DNA from: Candidatus Poribacteria bacterium
Lineage (GTDB): Bacteria; Poribacteria; WGA-4E; WGA-3G
Length of the DNA: 64,000 nucleotides
Assembly: GCA_965198235.1 (NCBI GenBank)
Contig: OZ240248.1
Location: 1,920,001 to 1,984,000 of the forward strand
Reading direction: 5' to 3'
In this document: positions 58,201 to 64,000 of the stretch, piece after piece
How the letters are laid out: every line of letters starts with the position of its first letter
Numbering within the stretch: the stretch's first letter is position 1
Position numbers and translations under genes: made by a program
Notes under the pieces: generated by a model
Seen by the model: only the letters and a program-made list of their open reading frames with translations
Database searches by the model: none
What the model was told of the DNA's origin: nothing

Positions 58201-58952
58201 TTTGTATTCCGTAGGTCAAGAACGGCTTCGTAATGTTTGGTGATCCGACCGTCATACTTTGTCTCAATAAGATTGACAATCCCCTCAAACAGAAGACGCT
58301 TATTTTTATCTGGCAACGCGATGTGCCCTGAGTAAGTACCCAAAAGTTTGATGTACTGCTCAGATGAATACGTTTGCGTCCATGGGTAGACGCGTCGAAT
58401 TGGGGACTGAAAGGCTTCCACGCCGGGAAAATTTGTGGCGTGCGTAGGGCGATTCGTGGTCAGCGGAAGGTAGTATTTATCGTAGAGACTCTGGCTTTCC
58501 GCAAAAAATCCTTCCTCCTTCCTGACATGCTGGTTGGAGAAAACGGCAAGGAAACCCTTTGATTTAAGCACATCGGATGCCTTCAGGTATCTCACTTTTG
58601 GATCCACCCAATGAAAGGCGGTGGCAGAAATAACCAAATCAAATTTTCCGTCTGATTCCCACTCCTCAAATGCCTGTTCCACAAACGAAACATTTGGAAA
58701 TCCTTCCAACCTTTCTCTTGCAACGGCGATCAAATCCGCACCGATGTCCAGACAAACCAATTCGTATCCGCGTTCCGCAAAAGCTTGGGTTGCTTTTCCG
58801 GTGCCGCATCCGACTTCGAGAATTCTACTGTGATCGCTGAGTCCAGAGATGTCCATAACATCTCGGATTAGATTCTCAGGGTATCCGGGTCGGATATCTT
58901 CATAGAGCGTTGCAGCAGTATTGAACGTGGTTTTGAGCTTAGTGCTTGACAT
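58197..58952 (-). CDS. class I SAM-dependent methyltransferase
   Basis: RPGYP, LEVGCGTG, FDLVISATAFHW. Confidence 0.88.
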   Translation of the reverse strand: MSSTKLKTTFNTAATLYEDIRPGYPENLIRDVMDISGLSDHSRILEVGCGTGKATQAFAERGYELVCLDIGADLIAVARERLEGFPNVSFVEQAFEEWESDGKFDLVISATAFHWVDPKVRYLKASDVLKSKGFLAVFSNQHVRKEEGFFAESQSLYDKYYLPLTTNRPTHATNFPGVEAFQSPIRRVYPWTQTYSSEQYIKLLGTYSGHIALPDKNKRLLFEGIVNLIETKYDGRITKHYEAVLDLRNTK

Positions 58953-59091
58953 AGGATTTTCCTTCTGTGATGGTTCCTTGCCAATTCTACCACGCCCGTC
59001 ACAAAAAGACAATCCCTTAGTTTATCTTCCTTCACGCTAAGGATGCTGTCTTTAGGTAGTCGGATGTGGGCGTACGTTTTTTGAATTTCCT

Positions 59092-61146
59092 TCAATTGAA
59101 CCGAGCGAAATCTGGAAGATTGGGTTCAAAAAGGTAAGCCAACTTCGCAAACACAGCGCGATCCCCGGGGACGCTATCGGCAACCACAAAGAAAAAGTGG
59201 CTTTCCGGGGTAAACTCATAGTCGAAGATCGAATTGAAGCTGTAGGTAATCTCATCTTGCATCCGTTCATCTACACGTTCCACGAAAATTCGCCAACCAA
59301 TTTTTTGGGTAAATTGGTAATTGCTGCGAAGCCGTAAAATAAGGGTATTTCGGTGTGCGCGCCAAAAGAAATTATCGAGATCCAGATCGATAGTGAGTTT
59401 GCCGGAGAGGTTGACCCCGCCGGAGAAACTGGTGAATCGATTGAATTCATCTCGACGGGTGCCGAAACGATTTATCACCGACAATTGTCCCCACGGTGCC
59501 TGATAATCAATTTCTGATCTGATAAACTGGGTATCAAAAAGTTGACCGACTTCGCGAAGCCGCCCGAACCCGCCCGAAGTGAAAAAGTTAAACCGCCCGA
59601 TGTCAATGTAGAAACGGGACTCGCTCAGCCGTTCCCGTAGCAACCTTTGGGCATTGGTTTGGTAAAAATGACGTGTGTCAATCCAGAAAGATTCCACGAA
59701 ATGCGCCTCTGGAAACTCATACCTGTACCTGAGACGGGCGCGCGCACGGCGAAACGCCTCATCTTCGAGCCCCATCTCATTTGGACGAAAGCCGTCCTGG
59801 ATCTCCTCAAGTTGAACCTCGCCAAGCCAACCTTCGTGAATCCATTCCGTGGCAGTGTGGTACGCCCAGTGCATTTCGCCATCAACCCAATCAACTGCAT
59901 ACTGCGACGCGGCAGTCCAGTCTCGATGCAATCCAAATCGTCCATTGAGCGATAGGAGTGCGACATCTCGATCGGCTTGGTGTTTGTGGATTCCCATCGC
60001 GCCGATGACAGTCCGCTCACCGATATCGTGATTAATCCGACCGGCTAAGAGATTCACCTGTTTTTTCTGATCCGCATCGTACCGATCAATCATTTTGCCG
60101 TAAGTATTGATGACCGCGAAATTAGAACCGCCGATTCTGCCTGTCGTTTTCGCACCCAAATCAATTTCTTGGACGCGCCGGGTATAGAATAGATTAAGCG
60201 GCAACTCAAATAACTCAGCACCCTCCCTGAAAAACGGACGGCGTTCTGGAAGGAACAACTCCCGGTCGCTTAATATGTTAATTTGCGTTGGATCGCTCTC
60301 CAACTGTGAAAAATCAGGATTCAGCGTCACATTTGAGGTGAGGTGCGTTGAAATCGGAAGAATCAAGTCTATCCCGCCATCAAGGTCGTTGGGACGATCC
60401 ACGAGCGCACGATAGCTGCCATAGGGAAGAATCCCGAGTTTCTGCTCTGTTTTCACCTTTTCTAAATTCAGTCCAGTCAAATCGCCATACTCTGACACGC
60501 GTGAGAAAAAAGCCGTCTGTGCCCATGAATGGGATTGACCATTTATCGGACGCACCCGCCAAAAGTTGATGCCCCAGGTGGTATTACGCCGATTAAAACG
60601 AACCTCACGGAACGGAATCGCAAATTCTGCTGTCCAATTATCCGAGTGTTTTTTTACTTTCGCTTCCCATTTCGCATCCCAACTCATGTCAAAAACACTT
60701 TCATTGCCGACTCTCTCATCCGCCTGTGTGCCGAGTGTATTGACTGCAAAAATGTAGCAGTTGCGCCGGTCGTGATAGGTATCGAGCATCACTTCAATAC
60801 AGTCGTTCTGCCAGACGAAGGAATCCCGACGCGTTTTGGTTTCCCGGAGGCTTTTCATATCTGGCTCCTCACAGCGCACGCCGATATAGAGTATGTTTTC
60901 ATCATACAGCACCCGAACTTCGGTGTCTAATTCAGCGGGATGTGTGATTCCCTCCTTTGCTCGGAAGAAATTAGTCGCAATGTCGGCGTATTGCCAGATT
61001 GGGTCTGTTAGATCTCCATCAATAACGGGCGGGTTCTCCACCCATACCGCGCGAAGGGTGCGTCTTGTACTTTGTGTATTTGCGAAAAGCGGTGTAGTCA
61101 CCAAGAGCAAAATCGGCACCCAAATGAGTGCGCGTGACCATTTCAT
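59092..61146 (-). CDS. CBM9-like domain + DUF5916-like outer-membrane protein
   Basis: Signal peptide, PVIDGDL.D..W, WTAEFAIPF, NPDFSQLESD, LPERRPFFREG, YTRR; beta-strand-rich C-terminus. Confidence 0.8.
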   Translation of the reverse strand: MKWSRALIWVPILLLVTTPLFANTQSTRRTLRAVWVENPPVIDGDLTDPIWQYADIATNFFRAKEGITHPAELDTEVRVLYDENILYIGVRCEEPDMKSLRETKTRRDSFVWQNDCIEVMLDTYHDRRNCYIFAVNTLGTQADERVGNESVFDMSWDAKWEAKVKKHSDNWTAEFAIPFREVRFNRRNTTWGINFWRVRPINGQSHSWAQTAFFSRVSEYGDLTGLNLEKVKTEQKLGILPYGSYRALVDRPNDLDGGIDLILPISTHLTSNVTLNPDFSQLESDPTQINILSDRELFLPERRPFFREGAELFELPLNLFYTRRVQEIDLGAKTTGRIGGSNFAVINTYGKMIDRYDADQKKQVNLLAGRINHDIGERTVIGAMGIHKHQADRDVALLSLNGRFGLHRDWTAASQYAVDWVDGEMHWAYHTATEWIHEGWLGEVQLEEIQDGFRPNEMGLEDEAFRRARARLRYRYEFPEAHFVESFWIDTRHFYQTNAQRLLRERLSESRFYIDIGRFNFFTSGGFGRLREVGQLFDTQFIRSEIDYQAPWGQLSVINRFGTRRDEFNRFTSFSGGVNLSGKLTIDLDLDNFFWRAHRNTLILRLRSNYQFTQKIGWRIFVERVDERMQDEITYSFNSIFDYEFTPESHFFFVVADSVPGDRAVFAKLAYLFEPNLPDFARFN

Positions 61147-61179
61147 TGTTTATCTTTCTCCATCGCTATGTCCTGCAAC

Positions 61180-61653
61180 CTAATCTTTTGTTGCTGATAG
61201 TTTACGCATTGCAGCGAGATACAACGCTTTGCTTTGATTCCCGAACGGTCCTGGATTGGTCGGGTTTTCTGGAAAGTGTGAGAACAGACTCGCTTCACTG
61301 ACTTCCTCAAGGTCGAGTGGGCTACCTAACGCCTCTATTTCTCCCAAATAAGCAATTCCCCAGTATTCGAGATTGAACATAAAACAGTGAATGTAACATA
61401 GCACTTCAAGATTTTTCAGCGTTGCACCCGTCTCTTCCAGAAGTTCTCGGTGTGCAGTTTCTTCAGCCGTTTCCCCGGGTTCGGCGCGCCCACCCGGCAG
61501 CGTCCAAATGTCGTTATCACGCCATTTGCAGAATAGTATCTGGTTATGTTGATGTGTGAGACAATTAACAAACTCAATTTTCCCTACGTCTGCCGGCGGT
61601 TTTCCGAAATAGAGTAACATGTAGCCATCTTGTTCCTCAATCTTTTGAACCAT
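61180..61653 (-). CDS. NUDIX hydrolase
   Basis: PGGRAEPGETAEETAHRELLEETG Nudix box. Confidence 0.92.
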   Translation of the reverse strand: MVQKIEEQDGYMLLYFGKPPADVGKIEFVNCLTHQHNQILFCKWRDNDIWTLPGGRAEPGETAEETAHRELLEETGATLKNLEVLCYIHCFMFNLEYWGIAYLGEIEALGSPLDLEEVSEASLFSHFPENPTNPGPFGNQSKALYLAAMRKLSATKD

Positions 61654-62120
61654 CTTTTTCCTCTCTAAACACGAAAATCTACTATAGGTAACCTAAGTTG
61701 CACCTTTAGAAAAAAATTGCGTTTTTTGTAAATAATACTTATTTTTTCAGTTTCCTGCGTGAAGCATTACGGCATAGAAAGTATAACCCACACGCGGGAA
61801 AATTCATCAGAAAATTCGGCTATCAACTCCGGGAATTCGTGACAAAAAGCGCACAGAACGGCTCGAATCTCGCATTTGACAGAGCAAGACCGCTTTAGTT
61901 GCGTGCGCTAGTGTATAGTTTGCCACCTCAAAATCGTGGACACGATAAACCTCAAAGCCTGAGATAATCATAGCGGATGTCTCTGGAAGGTGTCTGAGGG
62001 CATTCTCGTAAGTCTTTTTTCGAGCGGCAGACAAAAACAAAGGTTATCCGAAAACATGTAATGCCTAATTCCAGAGTCGGACAGTCGGGCAGATTCGGGT
62101 GTCTCTGATTTAGAAGTTCG

Positions 62121-62951
62121 CTAAACTTTAAAGGCGAGGTGGACATCTTGATGGACACAGATAGCGTTCTCGGTTACCTCACCGCTCTGCTCAAGAACCG
62201 TGAACCCATGACGCTCGAGTTCTAAACGCAGGTTCTCAGGGGTTGGGTAACGGCGTTGATGGATGTACCAAGCGTCGTTGACACAAATCGTCCCTTCATA
62301 GTCTTCGGGTCCGACACTGGGTCTGAAAGGATCTGGCTGAAATCGACTATAGCATATTTCCGCATCACTATCCCACAGCGCGTCTTGGTCAAAGCGGGTG
62401 TAAACTTTCCCTGTTGCGTTACCGACGATTTGTGTTTCGGAGTCCTCTCGATCCGGTTCAAAAACACAGCAGCTCATCAAAAAGTAGCCATTCTTAGCGA
62501 GTCGAGACTTGATTCCTGAAAACATGGCAACCCGATCTGGATCGGTAACCATGCTTTGTGAGCAAAAACTGTCAACAATGAGTTGGTATGACTTGCCTTC
62601 ACATGGAAGTTGACAAACATCTAACACCTCATATTGGATGTCTAAACAACACTCGGCGGCGATCGCTTTAGCTTTGTCAATGGCATCCGGAATAACATCA
62701 ATGCCATGGACGCGGTAGCCTAATTGCGCTAAAAAACATGCCACTGGACCTGTCCCGCATCCGAGTTCAAGAACGTGGACATCTGGTTTGATATTTAAGC
62801 GTGGTAAGGTCTCTACTAAGAAAGATTTGGAAGAGAACTCACTGAAGTCATTGGAGTTCTCGTAAAGTTCACCTCTTGACATGAGTCCCTTTGCCTTCAG
62901 CTCGGCGTAATCCGCCAGATGTTCGTGGTAAAAGTATTTTTGTTTCATCAT
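62121..62951 (-). CDS. class I SAM-dependent methyltransferase
   Basis: LELGCGTG, GIDV. Confidence 0.8.
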   Translation of the reverse strand: MMKQKYFYHEHLADYAELKAKGLMSRGELYENSNDFSEFSSKSFLVETLPRLNIKPDVHVLELGCGTGPVACFLAQLGYRVHGIDVIPDAIDKAKAIAAECCLDIQYEVLDVCQLPCEGKSYQLIVDSFCSQSMVTDPDRVAMFSGIKSRLAKNGYFLMSCCVFEPDREDSETQIVGNATGKVYTRFDQDALWDSDAEICYSRFQPDPFRPSVGPEDYEGTICVNDAWYIHQRRYPTPENLRLELERHGFTVLEQSGEVTENAICVHQDVHLAFKV

Positions 62952-63114
62952 CTGTCCAAGTTTGTAAGTTTGGGATTAATGTAAACAATAGTGTAATGAG
63001 AAACACTATTGAATAAATTTTCTGTTTTGTCTGTCTATTTGTGGTGCGTTCGTGCGCAACATAATTTTCGTCGATTTTATTATAGTAAAGCCCACAATTA
63101 CTTGAACATTGACA

Positions 63115-63141
63115 GTAGGCGAGGATACAATCCTCGCCAGC
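63115..63141 (+). repeat. REP-like palindrome
   Basis: GTAGGCGAGGA-tacaa-TCCTCGCCAGC, related to 31111-31137. Confidence 0.6.
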
Positions 63142-63239
63142 GGCGGTGGGGGTGGTTCGCTGAACAACTGTCTACATATTTTCGGGCTTTAGTATAATTA
63201 GTTTCCTCTGAATGTGCGAGAGAGCAGAATCGAGGCAAA

Positions 63240-63480
63240 GGGAATGATCGGAGATGAACCTTTCCACGTTCTCCAGATTTTGAACATCTGATGATGGACT
63301 GTCGATAATCAGATGTGAGCCGGGCAAGATTTTTGTGGCTCCATTTTCCTCTAAAAAATCAACCAACGGAACGTCAACATAAATACCCGAAACTGGAAGC
63401 ACACAAGACAGTTCAGGAAATAGATGGTTGCCGTCGCGGTGAGGAAACTTTTCTACTTGGCTTCCGTAAGGAGCTGTAGC
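63240..63480 (-). pseudogene. internal fragment of a PhyH-family dioxygenase
   Basis: PHRDGNHLFPE...VDVPLVDF..ENGATKILPGSH; frame broken upstream, second His region missing; boundaries approximate. Confidence 0.65.
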
Positions 63481-63488
63481 GACCTGCT

Positions 63489-64000
63489 CTACGCCAACTT
63501 ACCACGTAGGAGTGGCTTGTCTTTCATCACCTCGCCATCGCGATTCCGCGTGCCCGATGACATGTAATGGAGGACCATCGCCCGACGGTCTCGGGATGAG
63601 CGGTTCGGGTCAGTTTGGTGGAGGGTCATGCAGTGGTGAACCATCCCGCATCCGGCTTTAACTGGCACTGGCACAGCACGATCTTCATCAGCATCCACCT
63701 CCAACAACGCCGGCAATTTACCTTTCTCTGACTCAGCACGTCCGTGCGATGCCAATCCTTCTAAATAACTGCCGGGGATAACGTTCATACAACCGTTCTC
63801 CTCGTCGGCGTCATCGAGTGCTATCCAGATGCTCACAAGATTGGGCGGGTCGCATTGCCAATAGGCGTTGTCCTGATGCCAATACACTTCACCGCCGTGA
63901 TAAGCGGGTTTGTAGAGAGCCTGATCATGGAATAACTGGATATCGGTTCCGATTAAACTCTCGGCGATGTCTAACAGGGGGTCGTGGTAGAGTAACTTCC
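63489..64000 (-). CDS. PhyH-family dioxygenase, cut by the right window edge
   Basis: WHQDNAYW, WIALDDADEENGCM, HHCMTLH, N.S...RR. Confidence 0.9.
   Translation of the reverse strand, partial: KLLYHDPLLDIAESLIGTDIQLFHDQALYKPAYHGGEVYWHQDNAYWQCDPPNLVSIWIALDDADEENGCMNVIPGSYLEGLASHGRAESEKGKLPALLEVDADEDRAVPVPVKAGCGMVHHCMTLHQTDPNRSSRDRRAMVLHYMSSGTRNRDGEVMKDKPLLRGKLA

Noticed and set aside
61807-62158. Short minus-strand ORFs between the NUDIX and methyltransferase genes
   Set aside because: No recognisable family or RBS; may be a decayed fragment but cannot be supported.

Overview
Gene-dense bacterial chromosome segment, about 50% GC by eye. The content (three LamG-type proteins and one TolB-like protein sharing a 'KL(T/A)TTWGxIK'-like C-terminus, several PhyH dioxygenases, sulfatase, sialidase, TPR and ankyrin proteins) resembles Candidatus Poribacteria; this is inference, not a database result. 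Housekeeping core: a mycobacterial Sdh1-like three-subunit succinate dehydrogenase, the rho-rpmE-prfA-prmC cluster, thiE, an M29 aminopeptidase, a tartrate/isopropylmalate-family dehydrogenase and GGT. Accessory content: two stop-interrupted PIN-toxin genes fused in frame to an antitoxin-like tail, a HigBA pair whose antitoxin has no HTH, an AAA-ATPase + DUF4276-like pair (candidate defence module), an ECF sigma/FHA/TPR-metallopeptidase cluster, a minus-strand run of GNAT/methyltransferase/HAD genes, and several gene fragments. Intergenic DNA carries REP-like palindromes and a dispersed 90-140 bp repeat whose end abuts start or stop codons. An insertion at the 3' end of a phyH gene left a synonymous-only duplicate of its last 28 codons. 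No tRNA, rRNA, CRISPR array, transposase or integrase was recognised. All calls come from reading motifs by eye.
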